From Roseobacter sp. (lineage in GTDB: Bacteria > Pseudomonadota > Alphaproteobacteria > Rhodobacterales > Rhodobacteraceae): 64,000 nt of DNA. The stretch lies in assembly GCF_039970775.1 (NCBI RefSeq), contig NZ_JBDVLG010000056.1, positions 472 through 64,471 of the forward strand, in the 5' to 3' direction. Numbering within the stretch: position 1 is the stretch's first letter; every line of letters starts with the position of its first letter. Positions 40,257 to 49,048 of the stretch are shown here, one piece after another. The position numbers were made by a program, and so were the translations under genes. The notes beneath the pieces were generated by a model. It was not told the origin of the DNA. It saw nothing but the letters and a program-made list of their open reading frames with translations, and made no database searches.

Positions 40257-41456
40257 TTATTCCAACCCCATGCAACTGGCGTAATAGCTGACAGTCGCGG
40301 GCCAATCCGAGAAGATACCCGCGACCTCAACGTCTTGTGCAAGCACGTCAATCACCTGATACATCGCGCCATCCGATGTGATCGCATCGCTGATTGATTG
40401 GTAATACCAGCCTCCACCGCTTTGCAAAGGCCCAGACCGTTCCATCGTCCAAGCGATGAGTTCCAACCCAGCCTCGCGCGCTTGCACCGCGTAGGTCGAG
40501 GGGACAATTTTGCCCTCCTCCAACGTCAACAACATCCAGATTGGCGGGGCCAGATAATTCACGCCCATCTCCTTGAGCGCATCCAACTGATGCACCCAAG
40601 TGGCGGGCTTTTCTGAATCCCATCCAGCCTGACGATAGCTGTCATCCAGATAAACCGCCTGCGCGCCAAATTCCGGCTCGTTGTTGATCCAATAAAGCAC
40701 ATCTTCCAAGTTGAATGACTGCGGCCAGACATCTGCCGCCGGGACACCCGCATCTTTGTAGGCATCGATCAGCTTTTGCGCATAGTCTGCTTGGCTGAAG
40801 CCATCGTAAGGCATGTCGACAACCGGGCTTTTAAGTTCGGGGGTGAACTTCACGCCAAGCGATTTGAACAACGCGATCGATTCTGCATGGCTGATCAGCA
40901 CGCCCCCATCGGCGGCATAAAGATCGGTGCGCCAATTGGCGGTTCCATCCATGTAGGCGTCGACCGTCTGCGCGGTTGTGTCCGCCGCGTCCATTTTGCC
41001 CGTGAGGGTGCGAAAATCGGCCAACGTAATATCGGACGTTCGACATTCAGCGGTGGCTGCGGTATCGCCGTTGGCCGGGGTGAAACCCGCCGTGCATTTC
41101 GCCGCCAAATCGGTGGCCAAGATATTGGTTGTGGTGTGCAGATCGTCCTGCGCATGGCGGCACACCAGATGTTTGTCCGACGTAAACGTCACATCGCACT
41201 CCAAAATCCCTGCCCCCATACGCGCCGCGGCCACATGGCTTTCGACCGTGTGTTCAGGAAACTGCATGGGCGCACCGCGATGCCCGATGGAAAAATTCGT
41301 GCGCGCCACCGGGTCACCGGCGCATGACAGCAATTTATCCTTCAGCGCCCCCGGTTCCATCTGGTCAACCAAATAAAGCGGCCGTGGCCCGGTGGTAATC
41401 GGGTCAGCCAACGCGGGCGTCGCAACCGCAATCGAAAGTAGGAGAGATCTGAGCAT
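40257..41456 (-). CDS. Secreted glycerophosphodiester phosphodiesterase (GlpQ/GDPD family)
   Basis: Signal peptide, IGHRGAP..FPEHT, ILECDV, CRH and FSDWP; start MLRSLL at 41456. Confidence 0.9.
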   Translation of the reverse strand: MLRSLLLSIAVATPALADPITTGPRPLYLVDQMEPGALKDKLLSCAGDPVARTNFSIGHRGAPMQFPEHTVESHVAAARMGAGILECDVTFTSDKHLVCRHAQDDLHTTTNILATDLAAKCTAGFTPANGDTAATAECRTSDITLADFRTLTGKMDAADTTAQTVDAYMDGTANWRTDLYAADGGVLISHAESIALFKSLGVKFTPELKSPVVDMPYDGFSQADYAQKLIDAYKDAGVPAADVWPQSFNLEDVLYWINNEPEFGAQAVYLDDSYRQAGWDSEKPATWVHQLDALKEMGVNYLAPPIWMLLTLEEGKIVPSTYAVQAREAGLELIAWTMERSGPLQSGGGWYYQSISDAITSDGAMYQVIDVLAQDVEVAGIFSDWPATVSYYASCMGLE

Positions 41457-41610
41457 ATTTGGACCTTTCAAGACAGTTTGAGGGGGATGATACCGCAATG
41501 TGGGTGTATGGTGTCGGGTCTATGGCGCGCGGCGCAGGTCATTATGGACCGCACAGCCAAACCACATGCGGTTCGCGGATGCGCAAGCCTTCCTGCGCAT
41601 CCGCGGGGTG

Positions 41611-42654
41611 TCATTTGATTTCGAAATCCATCGCAGCCCCGATTGTGCCGTTCCAGACGGTGGTACAGTCGTCGCCGCACCGGTCTTTATATGCGGGCAA
41701 AACGGCGTTTGTCGCGGCATCCGCCATCAACGCGATATCGGCGGGTGTGGCGGCCACCAATGTCATATCGGCCGCCGTGCCGTAATCGCACGCCCCGCCC
41801 CTGTTGCACGCCAAACCATCGGCAGTTTCCGTCGACGCCAGCGCAAACATGTCCTCTTCGAGCGCCATCAACCCGTTTTCGAGCGCCGCCTGCGCAGCAG
41901 CGTCGACGTCGTTCCACCAGTCCATATTCGCGATATGCGCAATAACGCCGTGGTTAATCGGCACCGCCGAAATATAGTCGGCCGGTTCATGCCATTTCGC
42001 AAGGAACCCCGACAATGCACCCGTGATCGCACAGTCGATGGTGCCGTTAGCCATGGCTGTGGGCACTTCGCCAAACGCCATCCCGATGGGCGATGCGCCG
42101 ATATATTCTAGAAACACCTGCTGCGATGCGCCAGACGCGCGCACCTTGCGCCCTGCCAGATCGGACAGCGTGGTGAACGCGTCGCGACAGTACACGACCT
42201 GACTTTGATAGGTGCCATAGCCCAGCAATTTGATGTTGTGATTGGTTGCGAGGTAATCGGCGTGGGTCGCACGAAACGCTTTGGCGGCGGTGTGCACGGC
42301 CTCAACATCGGCCACGACACCCACCAGATCTGTTGCCTCGTTCATCGGCACGGACCCGGATGTATAGGCCAAAACCTGATGCGCCATCTGCACCGTCCCG
42401 TTGGAGACCAACGAAAACAGCTCGCCACCCTTGAAGCCGAGTTCATTGAAAGGTTTGACATTTGCAGTGATCGCACCGCCACTGTTTGCAACGATGGTGT
42501 CTGTCCAAAACGGCAATTCCATGTCTTTGTACATTGACAGGATCCCGATGGACCCAACGACATTCAGCTGTGTTTTCGGGATGTCTTGGGCATTGGCGTG
42601 AGCCGTCGTCAGACCCAGCGCAAGCGCGCCAAACAATGTGAAATTCAGTTTCAT
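41611..42654 (-). CDS. TRAP transporter substrate-binding protein (DctP family)
   Basis: Signal peptide, DLAGRKVR (conserved Arg), FGEVPTAMANGTID; start MKLNF at 42654. Confidence 0.88.
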   Translation of the reverse strand: MKLNFTLFGALALGLTTAHANAQDIPKTQLNVVGSIGILSMYKDMELPFWTDTIVANSGGAITANVKPFNELGFKGGELFSLVSNGTVQMAHQVLAYTSGSVPMNEATDLVGVVADVEAVHTAAKAFRATHADYLATNHNIKLLGYGTYQSQVVYCRDAFTTLSDLAGRKVRASGASQQVFLEYIGASPIGMAFGEVPTAMANGTIDCAITGALSGFLAKWHEPADYISAVPINHGVIAHIANMDWWNDVDAAAQAALENGLMALEEDMFALASTETADGLACNRGGACDYGTAADMTLVAATPADIALMADAATNAVLPAYKDRCGDDCTTVWNGTIGAAMDFEIK

Positions 42655-42692
42655 AATAACCCCTCTATTGCGTTGCGCAGGAACACCCTGCC

Positions 42693-43991
42693 TTATTTTG
42701 GATTGATAGCTTCGGGCAGCCAAAGCGCGAGCCCCGGCATGATAATCAGCAACGTCACCATGATCAGCATGGCGATCAAAAAAGGGATCGACCCCACAAA
42801 CAGGTCAGAAATAGACCCCGCCTTGCGCACCGCCTGAACGATATACAGGTTCAACCCCACCGGCGGTGTGATCAACGCCGCCTCGATCAAAATCACAAAT
42901 ACGATGCCCCACCAAACGGGGTCGTACCCCAGCCCAACAATGACCGGCACGATGATCGGGGTGGTGGCGATCATCATGGAAATCGTCTCCATGAAACACC
43001 CCAAGACGAGGTAAAAAGCGATGATCGCCAACAGCATACCCAACGGCGGCCACCCCAACCCCAACAGCGATGTGGTGATCGCATCCACCAGGCCAATCGA
43101 CACCATCACAAGGTTCAGGAAAAACGCGGCCAGAACGATCAGCATGATCATGCAGGTGGTGCGCACCGTCCCCTCAAACGCGCTGAGCAAGACGGGCACC
43201 GTCAATTTGCCGTTGATCGCGACCAAACCCAGGGTGGCCATCAACCCAAGGGCGGCGGCCTCTGTGGGCGTGGCCAGCCCCACATAGATCGACCCGACGA
43301 CGACAAAAAACAGCCCCAACGGCGGCAGTAAATGCGGCAACCCTGCGATGCGCGCAGGCCAAAGTGACCCTCGCGCCTGCGGTGCGCCCGCGACAAGCGA
43401 TGGTTTTATCAGCACCGCCACCAATACGATCCCGGAAAACAACATCGCCAACATCAAACCCGGAATGAACCCCGCGGCATAAAGATCGGTGACCGATGTT
43501 TGCGACAATACCGAATAGACGATCATGTTGATGGACGGCGGGATCAAAATGCCCAACGTCCCGCCCGCGGCGATGGAGCCCAGAAACAAGGGGCGATTGT
43601 AGCCGCCCTTGTCCATATTGGGGACAGCGACGGTGCCTATTGTGGCCGCCGTTGCCAGCGACGACCCCGACGTCGCCGCAAAAACAGCGCTGGAGGCGAT
43701 ATTGGTATGGATCAATTGCCCCGGCACGCGGGCGAACCACGGTGCAAGCGCGTCAAACAGGCGTTCTGAGACGCCTGACCGGTGCATCAATTCGCCCATC
43801 ATGATGAACATCGGCGCCGCGATCAGGATGAAGTCGTTCGAGTGGCTCCAGAAAATTGGGCCGGATGCGCGGGTAAGCGGGATAAACGCGTAGTTTTCCG
43901 ACAAAAAGAACGCCGTCAGCGCCAGCACTGCCGCAACCGGCAGGCTCAGGGCCAGACCAACCAACAACAAGAAAATCGACGCCTTGATCAT
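42693..43991 (-). CDS. TRAP transporter large permease (DctM)
   Basis: SGSSLATAAT, GGTLGILIPPS and ITPPVGLNL. Confidence 0.92.
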   Translation of the reverse strand: MIKASIFLLLVGLALSLPVAAVLALTAFFLSENYAFIPLTRASGPIFWSHSNDFILIAAPMFIMMGELMHRSGVSERLFDALAPWFARVPGQLIHTNIASSAVFAATSGSSLATAATIGTVAVPNMDKGGYNRPLFLGSIAAGGTLGILIPPSINMIVYSVLSQTSVTDLYAAGFIPGLMLAMLFSGIVLVAVLIKPSLVAGAPQARGSLWPARIAGLPHLLPPLGLFFVVVGSIYVGLATPTEAAALGLMATLGLVAINGKLTVPVLLSAFEGTVRTTCMIMLIVLAAFFLNLVMVSIGLVDAITTSLLGLGWPPLGMLLAIIAFYLVLGCFMETISMMIATTPIIVPVIVGLGYDPVWWGIVFVILIEAALITPPVGLNLYIVQAVRKAGSISDLFVGSIPFLIAMLIMVTLLIIMPGLALWLPEAINPK

Positions 43992-44572
43992 GGTTTGGGG
44001 GCCTCTAGGTCAATGCCGATCTCGGCCATCTCGTCTTTGAGATCAGGGTTGGACATCACGGTCTCGACCCCGTTCAGGTCCCGTGCGACCCATCGCGACA
44101 ACGCAAAAACAGGCGTCAAACAAGCGACCGTCGCGAACCAGACAAAGCCCAGCCACCAGATACCCTGCGGCAACAGCAAGGGCACCTGCAGCGTGGATTG
44201 CGACCGCGCGCCCAGTTTCCAGCTTTGCGCCAAGACATCAAACGAATACCACGCCAATGCGACCGCCGTCACCGCCAAGGCAATGGCCGCCGTCATATCG
44301 AACGCCAACCGAAGCGGCCGGGGCAGTTGCGCCGATAAGATATCCACGCGGATGTTGGCTTTGCTGGTGACGGTAAAGCCCATGCCCAAACCAATGCATG
44401 CCGCGAATGCGTAACTAGAGATCTCAAAACTCTCCAGAACGGTGCGCCCAACAACCGCACGCGACACGACATCGATGCTGATCGGGAGCGCGCATCCAAA
44501 GAGGATAACGGCCCCGGCAAGCCAAGCCATCCACCGGCTTAGCCGTGTCACAACATCATGCATATGCAGCAC
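43988..44572 (-). CDS. TRAP transporter small permease (DctQ)
   Basis: Four hydrophobic helices, NIRVDIL; coupled to dctM. Confidence 0.85.
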   Translation of the reverse strand: MLHMHDVVTRLSRWMAWLAGAVILFGCALPISIDVVSRAVVGRTVLESFEISSYAFAACIGLGMGFTVTSKANIRVDILSAQLPRPLRLAFDMTAAIALAVTAVALAWYSFDVLAQSWKLGARSQSTLQVPLLLPQGIWWLGFVWFATVACLTPVFALSRWVARDLNGVETVMSNPDLKDEMAEIGIDLEAPKP

Positions 44573-44700
44573 CGATGATCCCCCTGTTCACCACCGTCCT
44601 GCGGGAGGTTCCTCTATTTCTTCATATTCATCAATAGTATATCGCCGCGTTGCAGGTTTGGGGTCGTTGTTTTCAACGCAACTGCCAGAAATTGCCACCC

Positions 44701-45771
44701 TTACCCGGCATAGCCCGGCAGATCGAACGCATCGGCATAACCAAACAACCCAGCACTCCCCCCGGTATGCAGAACCACGACGTTGTTCATCCCGTCGAAG
44801 TACCCCTTGGCGATTTGATCAATCAAACCGTCCAACCCCTTGCCCGAATACACCGGATCAAACAGCAGCCCTTCGGTTTGCGCCAAAAGCCGCACAGCTT
44901 TGCGCATACCTTCCGTCGGCACCCCATACCCCGGCCCGACATAGTCGCAATTTGCCCGCACCTGATTGCGCTGGATGGCCACGCCCGTGCCCAGATGGTC
45001 GGCGGTTTTGGTGGCCAAATCATACACCATCTGTTCTTGTTTTTCTCGCGGCGCGCGCACCCCGATGCCAAGCAGATGAATATCGCTTTGAAGGGCGGCA
45101 AGGCCCGTCACCAGACCTGCCTGCGTTCCCGAACTGCCGGTGGCATGAACCAATGCGTCCACCGCGAGCCCAATTTCCATTGATTGTTCGACCAATTCAC
45201 GTGCGCAATTCACATACCCCAACGCGCCAATTGGGTTCGACCCGCCCCCCGGTATGATGTAGGGTACATCGCCCGCGTCGCGCAGATGCGCGGCCAATGT
45301 TTCCATTTCGGCATTCATATCGGCCCCATTAGGCCGTTTGGACACGCGCGCGCCATGCAGGCGGTCCAATAGCACGTTGCCATTCAGAATATAGTTTGGG
45401 TCATTTGACCCCGTCCGGTCTTCCAGCAAAACATCGCACCCCAGCCCCAGCTTTGCTGCCGCTGCCGCCGTTTGACGCGCATGATTCGACTGGGTCGCCC
45501 CTTGGGTGATGATGGTCGTGGCACCCTTTTCGCGGGCATCCGCCATCAAATATTCCAGTTTTCGGGTCTTGTTCCCCCCGGATGACAACCCGGTGCAATC
45601 GTCACGTTTGACCCACAGACGCGGCCCGCCCAACATCTCGCTCAGCCGGTCCATCGGTTCCAACGGCGTCGGCCAATGCCCCAACTTCACCCGTGGAAAT
45701 GCCCCAAGAGCGCGTTCCAGCGCCTTGCACGCGTCATGCATAGGATCGGTGAATGCTTCGGTTGTGGTCAC
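44701..45771 (-). CDS. cuyA: PLP-dependent cysteate sulfo-lyase / D-cysteine desulfhydrase family (CuyA-like)
   Basis: [44 protein letters not shown] and LHTGG. The S/T residues exclude ACC deaminase. It closely resembles roseobacter CuyA as recalled. Confidence 0.75.
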   Translation of the reverse strand: MTTTEAFTDPMHDACKALERALGAFPRVKLGHWPTPLEPMDRLSEMLGGPRLWVKRDDCTGLSSGGNKTRKLEYLMADAREKGATTIITQGATQSNHARQTAAAAAKLGLGCDVLLEDRTGSNDPNYILNGNVLLDRLHGARVSKRPNGADMNAEMETLAAHLRDAGDVPYIIPGGGSNPIGALGYVNCARELVEQSMEIGLAVDALVHATGSSGTQAGLVTGLAALQSDIHLLGIGVRAPREKQEQMVYDLATKTADHLGTGVAIQRNQVRANCDYVGPGYGVPTEGMRKAVRLLAQTEGLLFDPVYSGKGLDGLIDQIAKGYFDGMNNVVVLHTGGSAGLFGYADAFDLPGYAG

Positions 45772-45881
45772 AAGATGCGTCCCCCATTGCGCTGTTTCCC
45801 AAAGCGTTGCACGTGGTGGGCTTGTCTGGATACTGCCGATTTCCTAGGGTGCTCATACCAAAAGTATTGGCAAATGAAGGA

Positions 45882-46820
45882 ATGGCCATGGATCTCCGGT
45901 GGCTTGATGATGCGTTGGTGTTGCTCGAAGAACGGAACTTGACCCGCGCAGCAGCACGCAGAAACATAACGCAACCAGCCTTTTCACGGCGCATTCGCAG
46001 TTTCGAAGACTGGCTGGGCACACCCGTCTTGGACCGTGGCAGCAACAGCATAGGCCTAAGCCCCGCTTTGGCTGCGAACGAACGAGAGATACGCGCCCTG
46101 TCCGAACGCATCTACGCATTGCGCGGTCGTATCGCCAATTTTGAACCCGCCCGGTCAACCATCACCATCGCCGCGCAACATGCTCCGATCCACTCGACGT
46201 TCCCCGACATGGCCGTTTGGGCAAAACATCTGTACCCCACGGTGAGTTTTCGGATGCAGGCAGGGGATCACCGCGACTGCGTGTCGATGTTTTTGCGCCG
46301 CGATACCGATATCCTTTTGTGTTACGAAGCGGAAGGTGACCCCCCGCTGCCTTTTGGCGATGCCATCAAACGGGCAGTATGGGGCACCGATTATCTCGTG
46401 CCCGTCCTTGGCGGCGACCTGCGCAATATGGTCGCGGCTGACGGATCGATCCCAGATGACCTGCCCGCCATTGTTTACCCCACCACCAGTTATTTCGGTG
46501 AGATCCTGGGCAAACGGGCCAAACCCTTCGGCACCAGCCCCCAGTCGCGCAACGTGGCCTGCGAGACCGCATTTTCCAACGGCATCAAAGAGTTGGCGTT
46601 GAAAGGGATCGGGGTCGGGTGGGTCCCGCTAAGCATGTCGCAGAGCGAACTTGAAAGCGGGGACCTCGTCTCTGTGGCGCCTCAATTGGGCGAATTACCG
46701 GTGCAAAACACACTGTATGCCTATGCGGCAGACGAGGTTCCCACCGCGCTGTTAAACGCGTGGGACAAAAAAGGCGGCGTCGAGGCCCCCGTGCAGCCGA
46801 CACCCCCAAGCACAGGTTAA
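45882..46820 (+). CDS. LysR-family regulator (CuyR-like position)
   Basis: LTRAAARRNITQPAFSRRIRSFEDWLG HTH; divergent from the cuyA-like gene. Start 45882 or 45888. Confidence 0.9.
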   Translation: MAMDLRWLDDALVLLEERNLTRAAARRNITQPAFSRRIRSFEDWLGTPVLDRGSNSIGLSPALAANEREIRALSERIYALRGRIANFEPARSTITIAAQHAPIHSTFPDMAVWAKHLYPTVSFRMQAGDHRDCVSMFLRRDTDILLCYEAEGDPPLPFGDAIKRAVWGTDYLVPVLGGDLRNMVAADGSIPDDLPAIVYPTTSYFGEILGKRAKPFGTSPQSRNVACETAFSNGIKELALKGIGVGWVPLSMSQSELESGDLVSVAPQLGELPVQNTLYAYAADEVPTALLNAWDKKGGVEAPVQPTPPSTG

Positions 46821-46897
46821 CCAAACGCGGTTCTTCACGCGCGCGTTAACATTTGGTCAATACCCTCTTGGTACCGTTCAGTAGGAGGAACGGTGAC

Positions 46898-47152
46898 ATG
46901 GCAGTCTTATCCACGCTGATCGGCGGTCTGTTGGGCTTTTTCACCTTCTTGATTGCATTGATATTTTTCGACACCAGCTTTTTGTATGCGCTGGTCTTGT
47001 ATGTTGGGGTCGGGGTCGGGTTTGCGCTCATGGCTTTGCTGACCACATACATCTGGTACACCATGGCAAACCGGTCGCCGCCGCGGCGCCTCATCGCGAC
47101 CTGCCAAACCCGGTTGAGCCCAAATAGCCCGGCACAAAAACACCTCGGCTAA
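46898..47152 (+). CDS. Small hypothetical membrane protein (84 aa, about 2 TM helices)
   Basis: AGGAGG RBS before ATG 46898; hydrophobic N-terminal two thirds. Confidence 0.6.
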   Translation: MAVLSTLIGGLLGFFTFLIALIFFDTSFLYALVLYVGVGVGFALMALLTTYIWYTMANRSPPRRLIATCQTRLSPNSPAQKHLG

Positions 47153-47287
47153 GCACCCAAAATTTATAGCTTTGCACAGCACAGTTTCGCCTACGTTGTA
47201 ATCGTTTCTCTTGCCAGATCGCGACAACTCTGTCATACGCGCCCGTGCAAACGTTATTCTTTTTCGACCTGATGTCTCCCTTCAAAG

Positions 47288-47344
47288 GTGGTCAGTCTTC
47301 GATCCAGACCGACCACGCCGGGCCATCGCACTCATGCGGATGGC
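47288..47344 (+). promoter_or_regulatory. Structured 5' UTR of the cold-shock gene
   Basis: Two hairpins (GTGGTC..GTCT/AGAC..GACCAC and GCCATC..GATGGC) just before the AAGGAG RBS. csp leaders are known thermosensors. Confidence 0.5.
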
Positions 47345-47366
47345 GCAAATCAAGGAGACCACGGAT

Positions 47367-47573
47367 ATGGCCACTGGCACCGTAAAATGGTTCAACACCA
47401 CAAAAGGCTTCGGCTTCATCGCACCAGACGGCGGCAGCAAAGACGTGTTTGTACACATCTCAGCTGTTGAGCGCGCAGGTTTGACTGGCTTGGCCGACAA
47501 CCAAAAAGTGACGTTCGACATTGAGGCAGGCCGTGACGGCCGCGAAAGTGCATCGAACATCGCACTCGCATAA
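47367..47573 (+). CDS. cspA: Cold-shock protein
   Basis: [18 protein letters not shown] (RNP1) and DVFVHISA (RNP2), 68 aa. Confidence 0.95.
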   Translation: MATGTVKWFNTTKGFGFIAPDGGSKDVFVHISAVERAGLTGLADNQKVTFDIEAGRDGRESASNIALA

Positions 47574-47593
47574 GCGACGCGACATTCATCGAG

Positions 47594-47621
47594 AAAACCG
47601 GCGTTCTGCGCCGGTTTTTTT
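47594..47621 (+). terminator. Intrinsic terminator of cspA
   Basis: AAAACCGGCG-ttctg-CGCCGGTTTT followed by a T-run. Confidence 0.85.
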
Positions 47622-48004
47622 GTGCGATCATGGTAGATGATCACCCCAGTTTCGGCAAAACCGTGGTATTTTAAGGCCCAATGCTGCTGCGGCCCGCGTG
47701 CAATCGCCAATCAGCCGGTGATCCGCGCGAGACACCCGCGACTGAAACAACCACGTAACCGCCCCAAACCCACCTGACAATCACGCATGAGTTTGGCGTC
47801 CTCGCCGAGATCAAGGCATCTACCGGCCTGTGGATGACCCATGCCATGAACGGCAATAGCCCCGCCCGTTTACACTCGGGAAATAATCAGCCTTGCATGC
47901 GATACGTCTAAAAAACGTAAGCCATTGATATAAAATAATATTACACCAAAATTCAGACATGCCTGCATTTATAAATCACGCCAGCGCTCAGAAATATTCA
48001 CCAG

Positions 48005-48020
48005 TGTGACCCCGGTCACA
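48005..48020. promoter_or_regulatory. CRP/FNR-family consensus site
   Basis: Perfect TGTGA-CCCCGG-TCACA, about 80 nt upstream of the small ORF at 48098. Confidence 0.5.
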
Positions 48021-48097
48021 GACCCGTAGGCCCGTTTACCTTTAGGTTAAGGTGTGAGCTGAGGAGATGTGACTTTCTCAGAAGTGGAGTAGTGATT

Positions 48098-48265
48098 GTG
48101 ACCACAGTACCAACATTTCATGACGACCGCCGGATTATTGTTCCGGATCTTACCCCAATTCCGCGCACCTCTTCCTGGCGCGCAACGGGGTGCAGCCCAG
48201 TCAGCCGTCGTCCTGGCCCGACATGCCCTTCTGCTTGGCATTTCACCGACTGGGCTGATCTCTAA
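48098..48265 (+). CDS. Unannotated 55-aa small protein ending HFTDWADL
   Basis: GGAG RBS, GTG start (48098, or 48092), stop TAA 48263-48265. The C-terminal FTDWA motif resembles a recurrent ending of roseobacter small proteins (recalled, unverified). Confidence 0.6.
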   Translation: MTTVPTFHDDRRIIVPDLTPIPRTSSWRATGCSPVSRRPGPTCPSAWHFTDWADL

Positions 48266-48311
48266 CCAACCGGGAGCACAGTTTTTCTCCCCCTGTGTTT
48301 CTCTCGTCTTT

Positions 48312-48344
48312 GACGGGTCGGTGTTTGCGCTGGCCCGTCTTTTT
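48312..48344 (+). terminator. Intrinsic terminator after the small ORF
   Basis: GACGGGTCGG-tgtttgcg-CTGGCCCGTC followed by TTTTT. Confidence 0.75.
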
Positions 48345-48450
48345 CGCCCCCAAAGCCCCCCAGTCACAGCGCCCTCTGTCCGCGAATCGTGGCTGGTCAA
48401 ATACATCGAATGCTGCCACCACTCTCCCAACACAGTGCAAAGGGGATCGT

Positions 48451-48933
48451 GTGACAGCAGTATTACTCAGCGGCCTTGTGATGGGCACGCTCGCAACCGT
48501 GATGATGGATATCTGGGCGCAAATTCTGACACGTACGGCGGGGGTGCCTGCACCAAACTGGGCCATGGTCGGGCGTTGGGTGGGGCATATGCCGCGCGGG
48601 CAGTTTACCCACACCAACATGGCAGATGCGAATCAGGTACCGGGAGAACGCCCCATCGGCTGGGTTTTCCATTACGCGGTCGGCCTCGTTTACGGCATCG
48701 CCCTTGCGACCCTCATGGGCCCCGACTGGCTGGCCGCACCGACATTTGCGCCCGCGTGGATCTTTGCAATTCTGACGATCGGCTTTGGGTGGCTCGTGAT
48801 GCAGCCCGGCATGGGCCTTGGGTTGGCCGCATCACAAACACCCGCCCCATGGCGTGCACGGGCGTTGGGTTTGCTGGCCCATACCGTCTTTGGAATAGGG
48901 CTATGGTTGGGCGCACTGGTCCACATGCACTAA
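48451..48933 (+). CDS. DUF2938-type membrane protein
   Basis: GTG start; ATVMMDIW, NWAMVGRW, GWVFHYAVG, MQPGMGLG and AHTVFG. Confidence 0.8.
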   Translation: MTAVLLSGLVMGTLATVMMDIWAQILTRTAGVPAPNWAMVGRWVGHMPRGQFTHTNMADANQVPGERPIGWVFHYAVGLVYGIALATLMGPDWLAAPTFAPAWIFAILTIGFGWLVMQPGMGLGLAASQTPAPWRARALGLLAHTVFGIGLWLGALVHMH

Positions 48934-49048
48934 CTTTGCGGGCTCGATGCGCCAACCCAATGCGGTTCATCCGCTGATAGGTGTGGAGACCCCATCAAGC
49001 CAACAGGAATGGCGGCCATATTAGCCGCCACTCGATTTCAAAGGGATC

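Noticed and set aside
44701-45771. ACC deaminase
   Set aside because: It has DPVYSGK and HTGG rather than the ACC deaminase Glu/Leu (YEGK, HLGG).
47622-47990. Possible ncRNA (SRP, riboswitch) or ORF in the long spacer after cspA
   Set aside because: No SRP (GGAAG-GCAGC) or riboswitch core motif was recognised. The 61-aa minus ORF has no RBS or family signal.
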